64,000 nucleotides of DNA from an uncultured Verrucomicrobiota bacterium (lineage in GTDB: Bacteria; Verrucomicrobiota; Verrucomicrobiia; Palsa-1439), in contig CAZHLM010000002.1 of the NCBI GenBank assembly GCA_964533295.1, positions 30,497-94,496 of the forward strand. The letters run 5' to 3'. A model generated the notes under the pieces. The model was not told the origin of the DNA and searched no databases. It saw only the letters and a program-made list of their open reading frames with translations. This document shows positions 8,148 through 16,890 of the stretch, piece by piece. Positions within the stretch are counted from its first letter, which is position 1. Each line of letters starts with the position of its first letter. The position numbers and the translations under genes are program-made.

Positions 8148-10331
8148 ATGGGACAATCAATTCTGAAACTTTGTCTCGGGTTGGCGCTGGGCCAAGCCGC
8201 GTTCGCCGAACCGGTGATCTGGACAACCGCGCCGGTCGTCTTGGAGCCGAATCCGCAGAAGCCGATCAAGTATTTTCAGCAAAAGTGGGGTTCATCGGTG
8301 TATCCCATCGGCCATGGCCGGCTCGGCGCGACGATCTACGGCGATGTCGCGGAGGAACGCATCCAGTTCAATGAGGACTCGCTCTGGACCGGCGACGAAA
8401 GCGAAACGGGCCGGTACCAGAACTTCGGGGATATTTTCATCAAGCTCGACGCGACTGCCTTCAGCAATTACCGGCGCGAATTGAATATCGAGCGCGCACT
8501 GCACACGATCACGTATGAAGCGGGCGGGGTGCGGTACCGGCGGGAGTATTTCGCCAGTCACCCGGCCAACGTGATGGTGTTTCGGTTCACCGCCGACAAG
8601 AAGGGCGCGTATACCGGCCGCGTGACGTTGCGGGACGCGCACAAAGCCGAACCGACCGCCGCCGGCAACACGATCACTTGCGCCGGCAAGATCGGCAGCG
8701 GGATCGGGCTGAATTACGAGTCGCAAATCATGCTGTTGAACACGGGCGGCTCGGTCACGGCGACGAATGGGACGTTGACGTTCCAGGGATGTGACAGTCT
8801 GCTCCTGTTGGTGGATGCCGGGACGGATTATCTCAACGAGCGCGCGCGGGGTTGGAAGCAGGCGCATCCGCACGAGAAAATCAGCGCCCGGCTTGCGGCG
8901 GCCGCGAAGCGGTCGTTTGATGATTTGCTGGCGGTACACGAGAAGGATTACCGGCAGTTGTATGACCGGGTGACGCTGGAACTCGGCACGTCACCGGCGG
9001 AGACGCGCACGTTGACGACCGGCCAGCGGTTGGAGGCCTACCGGAAAGGCGCGGCGGACCCGGATTTGGAGGAGATGCTGTTTCAATATGCCCGGTATCT
9101 GATGATCAGCAGTTCCCGACCGGGCGACTTGCCGGCCAACTTGCAGGGGGTGTGGAATCCCTACAACAATCCACCGTGGCGCTCCGATTATCACACGGAC
9201 GTGAACGTGCAGATGAATTACTGGTTCGTGGATCAGGCGAACCTGTCGGAATGTTTTCTCCCGCTCGCCGACTGGGTGAACTCCATCCGGGAGGTGCGGC
9301 GCGAGGCGACGAAGAAAGAGTTTGGCGTGCGCGGGTGGGCGACGCGGTCGGAGAACGGCATTTTTGGCGGCGCGACGTATCATTGGGTGCCCGGCGACGC
9401 GTCGTGGGTTGCACAGAACTTGTGGGATCATTTCGCGTTCACGCAGGACAAGGAGTATCTGCGGACGCGCGCGTACCCGGTAATGAAGGAGCTGTGCGAG
9501 TATTGGGAAGACTCGTTGAAGACGAATGCCGCCGGCAAGCTGGTCGCTCCGAAGAGCCAGTCGCCGGAACACGGGCCGTTTGCGGAGGGCAATTCCTACG
9601 AGCAGCAACTCGCGTGGGATTTGTTCACGAACTACATCGAGGCCTCGGAGGCATTGGGTGTGGACGCGGATTATCGGAAGAAAGTCGCCGCGATGCGCGA
9701 CCGGCTGCTCGGGCCGCAAATCGGGAAGTGGGGCCAGTTGCAAGAGTGGGCGGACGATCTCGACGATCCCAAAGACCAGCACCGGCATCTCTCGCATTTG
9801 AGCGCGGTGCATCCCGGTCGGCAAATCTCGCCGGTGACCACGCCGAAGCTGGCTGAGGCCGCCAAGGTCTCGATGAACGCGCGCGGCGACGGCGCGACCG
9901 GCTGGAGCAAGGCGTGGAAGATTTGCATCTGGGCGCGGCTGCACGACGGCGACCGGGCGTACAAGCTGTTGAGCGAGTTCATCAAGAGAAACGTCTATCC
10001 GAACCTGTGGGGTTTTCATCCGCCGTTCCAGATTGACTGCAACTTCGGTTACGCGGCCGGCGTGGGCGAGATGTTGGTGCAGTCGGATCTTGGCGTGATT
10101 CATCTCTTGCCGGCATTGCCAAAGGCGTGGCCGACCGGCAAGGTGACCGGCCTGCGCGCGCGCGGCGGATTTGAGGTGGACATCGAATGGAAGGATGGGA
10201 AACTGGTGCGCGCGACCCTTCGCAACGTGTCGAGTCCGACCGGCGAGTGCGCGGTACGTTACGGAGACGTCACTGCGAAGCTGTTCGTGCCGAAGGGAGC
10301 ATCCCGTTTGTTTCCAGAAGCGGTAGAGTAG
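8148..10331 (+). CDS. GH95 alpha-L-fucosidase (secreted)
   Basis: GHGRLGATIYGDVAEERIQFNEDSLWTGDE (GH95 N-terminal signature) and DQHRHLSHLSAVHPG. 727 aa with signal peptide. Confidence 0.8.
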   Translation: MGQSILKLCLGLALGQAAFAEPVIWTTAPVVLEPNPQKPIKYFQQKWGSSVYPIGHGRLGATIYGDVAEERIQFNEDSLWTGDESETGRYQNFGDIFIKLDATAFSNYRRELNIERALHTITYEAGGVRYRREYFASHPANVMVFRFTADKKGAYTGRVTLRDAHKAEPTAAGNTITCAGKIGSGIGLNYESQIMLLNTGGSVTATNGTLTFQGCDSLLLLVDAGTDYLNERARGWKQAHPHEKISARLAAAAKRSFDDLLAVHEKDYRQLYDRVTLELGTSPAETRTLTTGQRLEAYRKGAADPDLEEMLFQYARYLMISSSRPGDLPANLQGVWNPYNNPPWRSDYHTDVNVQMNYWFVDQANLSECFLPLADWVNSIREVRREATKKEFGVRGWATRSENGIFGGATYHWVPGDASWVAQNLWDHFAFTQDKEYLRTRAYPVMKELCEYWEDSLKTNAAGKLVAPKSQSPEHGPFAEGNSYEQQLAWDLFTNYIEASEALGVDADYRKKVAAMRDRLLGPQIGKWGQLQEWADDLDDPKDQHRHLSHLSAVHPGRQISPVTTPKLAEAAKVSMNARGDGATGWSKAWKICIWARLHDGDRAYKLLSEFIKRNVYPNLWGFHPPFQIDCNFGYAAGVGEMLVQSDLGVIHLLPALPKAWPTGKVTGLRARGGFEVDIEWKDGKLVRATLRNVSSPTGECAVRYGDVTAKLFVPKGASRLFPEAVE

Positions 10332-10335
10332 CGAA

Positions 10336-12033
10336 ATGACGATCACCCAAACAAAACCTCACCGGCAGTCGGTGGGAAGGAAATGGACCCAGGCTCTGGT
10401 GCTGGTGGCGGCCCTGCTGGTGGCGGGGGTGCGGCTGCGCGCGGCGGAGTTGCCGGCGCGCCCGAATGTGGTGTTGATCATCTGCGATGATCTCAACGAT
10501 TCCGTGGCGGGGATGGGCGGCCATCCGCAGGCCCGCACGCCCCACCTCGAACGGTTGATGGCGCGCGGGGTGCGGTTCGTCAACGCGCAGTGCAATGCGC
10601 CAATTTGCGGTCCGTCGCGGGCCAGCCTGTGGACCGGATTGTACCCGCACACTACCGGCTACTTCGGTTATGCCCAGCAAGCCAACCGCTGGCGGCGCTT
10701 CCCGGCGATGACGAATGCGGTGACCTTGCCGGAACATTTCAAGGCCAACGGCTATCTGGTCGGCGGCACGGGCAAGGTGTTTCACAACGGTCACGAAGAC
10801 AACAGCGTGTGGAGCCCGGCCGACGCGGCGGTCGGGGGCAGCGGCGTGCGCCCGTCGTTCGGGCCGACGCCGTGGGACGGTGCGAAACACGGCACGGGGC
10901 CGGCCGGCAACGGTCATCCGTCCATGCCGCCGCCGTTGAACCAGTTGTTTTGGGGCAGTTTCGGCTCGCTGGCGGATGTGCCGGTGATCCCCGCGGATCC
11001 GGCGCGGAACATTCCCGGCTACGCGGGCTGGCGGTTGGTGGATCGTCCGTTTCGGTACGTGAACGAGACGGACCGGGATCGGATGCCGGATGAGATGAAT
11101 GCCGCGTGGGCCGCGGAACGGCTCCGCCGACCGCAACCGAAACCGTTTTTGATGATCGTGGGGATGAATCGGCCGCATGTGCCCTGTTATGCGCCGCAGA
11201 AATACTTCGATTTGTTTCCGCTGGAGACGATTCAGTTGCCGCCCTACCGCAAGGATGATTTGGCGGACTGCGCGAAGATTCTCTGGCAAGACCCCGCCAC
11301 CGGTGCGCGGCTGGCCGAGGCGGAGGCGTTGTCCCGCTTGTTGGCGGCGGGCGGGGAGACGCTTTGGAAACGCGCCGTCCAAGCTTATCTCGCCTGTGTT
11401 GCGTTTGTGGACGACCAAATCGGCGTCATCCTGGATGCCGTGGAGAACGGTCCGCACGCCAGCAATACCATTGTGATCGTGACCAGCGACCACGGTCTGC
11501 ATTTGGGGGAGAAAGACCACCGGGAAAAAAACACGTTGTGGGAGGAAACAGCGCGGATCCCGTTGGTCATCGCCGGCCCCGGGTTGGCCACCGGCACCTG
11601 TGATCACCCCGTTTCATTGATTGACCTGTATCCGACGTTGATTGATCTCTGCGGGTTGCCGGCGGATCCGAATGCCGGGGGGAATCGTCGGCCGCTGGAT
11701 GGCCATAGTCTGCGACCGTTTCTCCAGAATCCCGCCACCAACCAGTGGGCGGGGCCGGCGGTGGCGCTGACGTGCCGGCCCAGTAGGGAGTCGGTTCCCA
11801 CCAACACTCCCGCGCCCACGGCGCGGCAACACTTCTCGGTGCGTTCCCGCACGCACCGGTACATTTTGTGCGCGGATGGCGCGGAAGAACTCTATGATCA
11901 CCGAACCGATCCCCACGAATGGACGAATCTGGCTTCCCGCCCCGACCAACAGGCCGAGAAAGCGGAACTGAAACGTCAACTCCTGGCCTTGATCGGCCCG
12001 GGACAATCCCCGGCCGCCAAACCCGCGCCATGA
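10336..12033 (+). CDS. Cys-type sulfatase (secreted)
   Basis: Signal peptide; VVLIICDDLND; active-site CGPSRASLWTGLYPH (CxPxR). Confidence 0.85.
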   Translation: MTITQTKPHRQSVGRKWTQALVLVAALLVAGVRLRAAELPARPNVVLIICDDLNDSVAGMGGHPQARTPHLERLMARGVRFVNAQCNAPICGPSRASLWTGLYPHTTGYFGYAQQANRWRRFPAMTNAVTLPEHFKANGYLVGGTGKVFHNGHEDNSVWSPADAAVGGSGVRPSFGPTPWDGAKHGTGPAGNGHPSMPPPLNQLFWGSFGSLADVPVIPADPARNIPGYAGWRLVDRPFRYVNETDRDRMPDEMNAAWAAERLRRPQPKPFLMIVGMNRPHVPCYAPQKYFDLFPLETIQLPPYRKDDLADCAKILWQDPATGARLAEAEALSRLLAAGGETLWKRAVQAYLACVAFVDDQIGVILDAVENGPHASNTIVIVTSDHGLHLGEKDHREKNTLWEETARIPLVIAGPGLATGTCDHPVSLIDLYPTLIDLCGLPADPNAGGNRRPLDGHSLRPFLQNPATNQWAGPAVALTCRPSRESVPTNTPAPTARQHFSVRSRTHRYILCADGAEELYDHRTDPHEWTNLASRPDQQAEKAELKRQLLALIGPGQSPAAKPAP

Positions 12034-12167
12034 CCGGACCGATTCGCAACGTGTCGAATCCGACCGGCTTGCGCGCGGTGTGTGATGGCGACAGGACAAC
12101 CACGCTGACGGAGTCGAAACCGGAATCGTGGTGTTTTGGGACACACAGTCTGAATCACCATGCGCTG

Positions 12168-13259
12168 ATGATTTGGTTCACGACTGTTCTCGCCGGTATG
12201 TTATCCATGGCGGTGATGGCTGACGCGGCTGAGAAGGACGTTTTGGTCGGGGTCAACTACTTTGCCGGCTGGTGGGAGATGAAACCGAACAAGTGGCATC
12301 ACGGCGATGTGGACTGGCGCCCGTTGTACCCGGACCGCCGCCCGCTGCTGGGCGAGTACAACACGCAGGCGACGATGGATCGCGAGATCGTCGCCGCCGC
12401 GGAACACGGGATTAGCTTCTTTCAAATCCTTTGGTACGGGGCCGATGCACAACGCGAGAATGAACCTCTCCTCAATCGCGGTGTGGAACAGTTCATGAAG
12501 TCGCCCCACGCGGGCCGCTTGAAATTCATGATCGAGTACTGCAACCACCCGCCGTTCGGCATTACGTCCCTCGAGCGTTGGCGCAAAGACGTGGCGTACT
12601 GGGTCAAGTGTATGCAACACCCCTCATACTTGCGGGTCGGTGGACGCCCCGTCTTCAAGATTCATGGTGGCGGTCAATTTTTCGAACAGGTTGGCGGGAC
12701 GGAGGGTGTGGATCGTTTTCTGGGCATCCTCCGCGGCGCCGCGCGCGAGGCCGGGCTGGGCGAGTTGATCATCGGGTGCGGCGGTAACGGCCCGGACCCG
12801 TTTCGGGACGATCACTGGATGTTGAAACGACTGGACTACAACAACGAGTACATGGCCGTGCCCAGCATCGAGCGGACGGAAGCGGACCTTCCCTACGCGA
12901 TGCTCGCCCAGCACCACGCGGCGTGGCGTGCGGGGCACACGAACGACACCATACCCACCGTGCCGACGATTCCGGCAGGGTGGAATCCGCGGCCGTGGCA
13001 AGACGACAAGCGCCCTTGTTTCGCCTTTCCCACACGCGCCGAGTGGACCGACACGCTCCGACAGCTCAAGGCCGATTTGGAGAAAGGTGTCTTCGGCTTT
13101 CCGCTCCCGAACGGCGGTGTCCAACCGGCGTTTACGATTTATGCGTGGAATGAGTTTGGTGAAGGCGGCATTGTGGCGCCGACAAAGGGCAGCGGGTACA
13201 TGATGCTGGAGTGCATCCGGGATGTATTTGTGCCAAAGACAAAGGAGCAGTCGAGATGA
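12168..13259 (+). CDS. Secreted TIM-barrel glycoside-hydrolase-like protein (GH99/GHL-type NE[FW]xEG motif)
   Basis: Signal MIWFTTVLAGMLSMAVMADA. GVNYFAGWWE and AWNEFGEGGIV resemble the WNEWHEG-type motif of GH99-like families. Start reassigned from 11919 to the Met preceding the hydrophobic leader. Confidence 0.35.
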   Translation: MIWFTTVLAGMLSMAVMADAAEKDVLVGVNYFAGWWEMKPNKWHHGDVDWRPLYPDRRPLLGEYNTQATMDREIVAAAEHGISFFQILWYGADAQRENEPLLNRGVEQFMKSPHAGRLKFMIEYCNHPPFGITSLERWRKDVAYWVKCMQHPSYLRVGGRPVFKIHGGGQFFEQVGGTEGVDRFLGILRGAAREAGLGELIIGCGGNGPDPFRDDHWMLKRLDYNNEYMAVPSIERTEADLPYAMLAQHHAAWRAGHTNDTIPTVPTIPAGWNPRPWQDDKRPCFAFPTRAEWTDTLRQLKADLEKGVFGFPLPNGGVQPAFTIYAWNEFGEGGIVAPTKGSGYMMLECIRDVFVPKTKEQSR

Positions 13260-13292
13260 AGGTGCAGTTCAAACCTTTGGGCAGTGACCGGA

Positions 13293-13394
13293 TTGGAGGG
13301 CGCGCATGCCCGTCGTTTGGGGTGCGCGCCGCGAACGACCTTTGCTCTACGCTCTCGGCGGGAAGTCTAAACGACAGGGATTCCCGCCCTACAA
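13293..13394 (+). repeat. Copy 1 of ~100-bp TIR-bounded double-hairpin intergenic element
   Basis: ttggagggcgcgcatgcccGTCGTttggggtgcgcgcc...ggcgggaagtctaaACGACagggattcccgccctacaa. Shares the GTCGT/ACGAC loops and the CGCCCTACAA terminus with copies 2-5. Confidence 0.6.
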
Positions 13395-13443
13395 CCGCCG
13401 GGCCAAAGCTTCTAACTGCACCCTCGAGACAATTGAGAGACCA

Positions 13444-14862
13444 ATGGTGAGAATCATCCGGTACTTATTGCGAACGATCGCGAAGATCGTGATCGCGTTC
13501 GCTTGCCTGCGCGATTTGGCGACATCAGCGGCAGCGGATGCAGGCCGCAAACCAAACGTCATCCTCATCCTCGCCGATGATTTGGGTTATGGCGAACTGG
13601 GATGTTACGGCGGCCCGGTAAAAACGCCGGTAATGGACAAGCTGGCCCGCGAAGGCGTGCGTTGCACCGACGGTTACGCCGCATTTCCCGTTTGCTCGCC
13701 CTCGCGGTCGGCGCTGCTGACGGGACGTTACCCCGCCCGGTACGGCCCGACCTATGAGGACTACCACGGCGCAGGGTCACCGGATCTGGATCCGCAGAAA
13801 CATCCGACCATCGGCCAGATGATGAAGGATGTCGGCTACCGAACGGCCTGCTTCGGCAAATGGAATGTCGCCAACCAGAATCGCCGGCCGGCCAATGACT
13901 ACGGATTTGATACCTGGGTCGGCTTCCATATCAATCACGATTACTACACGCACAAACTGATCGCCAACGGCGAGTTCGCCCTCTTCCAGGACAGTCAGCC
14001 CTTCGACCGGCCCGGCGTCTGGTCGGACACGATCTTTGCCGACGAGGCCATCCGCTTCATTCAGACGAAAAGCGAAAAACCGTTCTTCATCTACCTGCCG
14101 TTCCAAGCGCCGCACGATCCGATTCAAGATCCGGATGTGCCGTTCGACAAGCCGCGCGACAAGAAGAATCCTGAGAACCGTCCCACCTTGATCAAGATGA
14201 TCGAGCGGCTCGACCGGGAAATCGGCCGTGTTCTCCAGGCGCTCGATGACGAGAAGATCGCCGGCAACACGCTGGTGATCGTGAGCAGCGACAATGGCGG
14301 TGAGCCGAAGATTGCCCGCAACCTGCCGCTCTCGGGCGCGAAACAGGAGTTGCGGGAGGGCGGCATCCGCGTGCCGCTCATCTTCCGCTGGCCCGGCGTG
14401 TTGCCCCAAGGAAAAGTTTACTCCCCGCCGGTCACCACGCTGGACCTGACCGCGACCGTGGCCGCGGCGGGCGGCGCGACGCCCCGCGCCGACAAGCCCT
14501 TCGATGGCGTCAATCTTCTGCCCGCCCTGACCGGCCAGCAACCGCTCGCTGCCGAACGTCCGCTCTTCTTCCGCCGCCGATTCGTGGTGGCCAGCGAGGG
14601 ACTGAATTCTATTTGGCAATCGGCGGTGCGTCAGGGCGACTGGAAGCTCCTGCGGACATATCAACAAATCGCTCCCGGCAGGTTCGCCGCCACCTATTCC
14701 ACGGCCCTCTACAACTTGAAAAACGACCTGGCCGAAGCGAACGACCTGGCGGCAACCCATCCCGAACGAACCACGGCGCTTGGAAAACTTCTCGACCAGT
14801 GGGAAGCGGAAATGAGCCGGACCGCAGAGCCGTTCCCAATGCCAAAGGAGGGAAAACAATGA
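13444..14862 (+). CDS. Cys-type sulfatase (secreted)
   Basis: Signal MVRIIRYLLRTIAKIVIAFACL; NVILILADDLGYGELGCYGG; CSPSRSALLTGRYP. Confidence 0.85.
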   Translation: MVRIIRYLLRTIAKIVIAFACLRDLATSAAADAGRKPNVILILADDLGYGELGCYGGPVKTPVMDKLAREGVRCTDGYAAFPVCSPSRSALLTGRYPARYGPTYEDYHGAGSPDLDPQKHPTIGQMMKDVGYRTACFGKWNVANQNRRPANDYGFDTWVGFHINHDYYTHKLIANGEFALFQDSQPFDRPGVWSDTIFADEAIRFIQTKSEKPFFIYLPFQAPHDPIQDPDVPFDKPRDKKNPENRPTLIKMIERLDREIGRVLQALDDEKIAGNTLVIVSSDNGGEPKIARNLPLSGAKQELREGGIRVPLIFRWPGVLPQGKVYSPPVTTLDLTATVAAAGGATPRADKPFDGVNLLPALTGQQPLAAERPLFFRRRFVVASEGLNSIWQSAVRQGDWKLLRTYQQIAPGRFAATYSTALYNLKNDLAEANDLAATHPERTTALGKLLDQWEAEMSRTAEPFPMPKEGKQ

Positions 14863-14935
14863 CCGCTGGTAATCCGCGAACAAGATTCACTCGGACAATC
14901 TCCGGGCGGCGAACGACAAAAACTAACTGTGAGGC

Positions 14936-16858
14936 ATGATGAATAAGTGGCTTTTATTATTCGGTTTGGTATGTGCCGGCGTGGCCGCCGGGGCGGACGT
15001 GAAACGGCCGGTCAAGGTGGTCATCCTCGCCGGCGACGAGAATTGTTTGGAGCAGGCACCGGTGGCCGGGCGCACGGACGGAAGCGACGTGCTGTTGTTC
15101 CTGACGGGCGAGCCGGCAAAAGATGAAGTGGCCGGCATCGTGCACTGCGAGGTGCGCAAGGGCACGACGGTGGCGGCGACCGGGACCGTTGGTCTGGGCG
15201 AGCCGCGGAAGAAAAAGCAGGCGCGGCCCTGGCCGGCGTTTCCAGAGTTGGCGTTTCAGGATGGCTACACGACGGTCGTGCGCGGTTTTCTTGCCGTGCC
15301 GCGTTCGGGCCGGTATGAAGTGTGGCCGGGCGAGGGAGACGCCGCGTTCAACGTCACGACGCTCGCAGGCAAGGAGGTTTACCGACGCGAGGCCGGGCCG
15401 GCCACGGTGACCGCGGTGCACTTGGAGGCGAAGAAGCGGTATCCGTTTGAGACGGTGTACTTCAAGAGGCCGGGGACGGAGTTCCGCGTGCCGCAGGTCA
15501 ACGTTCCCGGTACGCTCGAAACGGTGATGGCCGAGAAAAAGCAGTATGCGTTTTTGAAGGACCTGAAACGCGACGACGTGATTCTCTACGATGCCCATCC
15601 GATCCACAACAACACCCGCGCGCCGGGGCGGCCGTTGCAGGTGACCAACGCGGTCGGGCCGGAGTTGATGCTGGGGAATGTTTTGGGAAATCACTTCGAG
15701 GAACCGGTATTTCTGTTGCGGTTTGCGACGCGGCACCCGGTTTGGTTTCAACGCGGCAGCCGGTCGCTGGGGCACGATTACCTGCCGCCGTCGAGCGGGG
15801 GCGATCCGAATCTGCAGGGCAGTTGGGATGTGATCCATTTCAACTGGGGCGTGTGGGATGCCGGGTGGAAAGACAAGTCATCAAAGTATTACCAAGGGCA
15901 CGGGAACACGACGTCGGTGGCCGATTTCGAGAAGAATCTGCGGACGTTGGTGGCGCGGATGAAGCAGACCGGCGCGACGTTGATCTGGGCCAGCGTGACG
16001 CCGGTGTGGAAGGGCGAACCGGACAAGCCGAACGCCGACGTGGTTGCGTACAACGCGGTGGCGGAAAAAGTGATGAAGGAAAACGGGGTGATCATCAACG
16101 ATCTGAACGCGCTCGTTCCCAAAGGCACCGGCAGTTGGGTGGATCCGAATGTTCACGCCGTCGGCAACCTCGCGCCGCAGGTGATCAAGACCATCCGCGC
16201 GGCGCTGGCGAGTCGCCCGAAGAAAACCAAACCGCTGCCACGCGTGTTGCTCATTGGCGATTCGATTACCGGCTCGTACCAGGAGGCGGTGATGAAAAAC
16301 CTCGATGGCGAGGCGGTGGTGTTCAAGAACCCCGGCAACGCCGAAAGCACCTGGACGGGCTTGAAGAAGATTGATGAGTGGCTTGATTTGAAGCGTTACC
16401 TGCAGAACGGTCAGGAGTATCTCGAACTGGTCAACAGTGTGAACGATTCGCTGGCGCAACTGCCGCGTTTCCTGCCCGGTTATCAAAACCAGGGCTACGA
16501 AATTGCCGGGTTGGTGTGGATGCAGGGGATTGCGGACAGCGGTTCGCCGTCGCACGCGGCGGCGTATGAGCAGAACCTCGCCAACTTGATCCGCGACCTG
16601 CGCCGGGATCTCAAAGCGCCGAAAATGCCGGTCGTGGTGGCGGCGTTGAAAATGGGCGATGGCAAAGTGTACGACGCCCAACGAGCGGTGGGCGACCCGG
16701 TGAAGTATCCCGAGTTTGCCGGCAACGTGACGGTCGTGAACACCCAACCATTTTTCCGTGGCGGCGATCCGCGGACACTCGGCAGCCATGCTGAAACATT
16801 CCTCGAAGTCGGCGAGGCGCTGGGCCAGGCGCTGGTGAAACTTTTGGAGGCCAAATAA
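14936..16858 (+). CDS. Secreted multi-domain carbohydrate esterase: SASA/DUF303-like scaffold (degenerate block I) + PA14-like insert + SGNH hydrolase domain
   Basis: VKVVILAGDENCLEQ stands in place of GQSNM. PA14-like block: YEVWPGEGDAAFNVTTLAGKEVYRRE...RYPFETVYF. SGNH block I: RVLLIGDSITGSYQE. SASA block II: GYEIAGLVWMQGIADS. Confidence 0.65.
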   Translation: MMNKWLLLFGLVCAGVAAGADVKRPVKVVILAGDENCLEQAPVAGRTDGSDVLLFLTGEPAKDEVAGIVHCEVRKGTTVAATGTVGLGEPRKKKQARPWPAFPELAFQDGYTTVVRGFLAVPRSGRYEVWPGEGDAAFNVTTLAGKEVYRREAGPATVTAVHLEAKKRYPFETVYFKRPGTEFRVPQVNVPGTLETVMAEKKQYAFLKDLKRDDVILYDAHPIHNNTRAPGRPLQVTNAVGPELMLGNVLGNHFEEPVFLLRFATRHPVWFQRGSRSLGHDYLPPSSGGDPNLQGSWDVIHFNWGVWDAGWKDKSSKYYQGHGNTTSVADFEKNLRTLVARMKQTGATLIWASVTPVWKGEPDKPNADVVAYNAVAEKVMKENGVIINDLNALVPKGTGSWVDPNVHAVGNLAPQVIKTIRAALASRPKKTKPLPRVLLIGDSITGSYQEAVMKNLDGEAVVFKNPGNAESTWTGLKKIDEWLDLKRYLQNGQEYLELVNSVNDSLAQLPRFLPGYQNQGYEIAGLVWMQGIADSGSPSHAAAYEQNLANLIRDLRRDLKAPKMPVVVAALKMGDGKVYDAQRAVGDPVKYPEFAGNVTVVNTQPFFRGGDPRTLGSHAETFLEVGEALGQALVKLLEAK

Positions 16859-16890
16859 CGACTCGGACAACGGAAACCGACCGATCGAAA

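Noticed and set aside
8991-11607. Minus-strand ORFs of 451 aa (8991..10346) and 445 aa (10270..11607)
   Set aside because: Antisense to GH95 and sulfatase genes that carry diagnostic active-site motifs; low-complexity translations.
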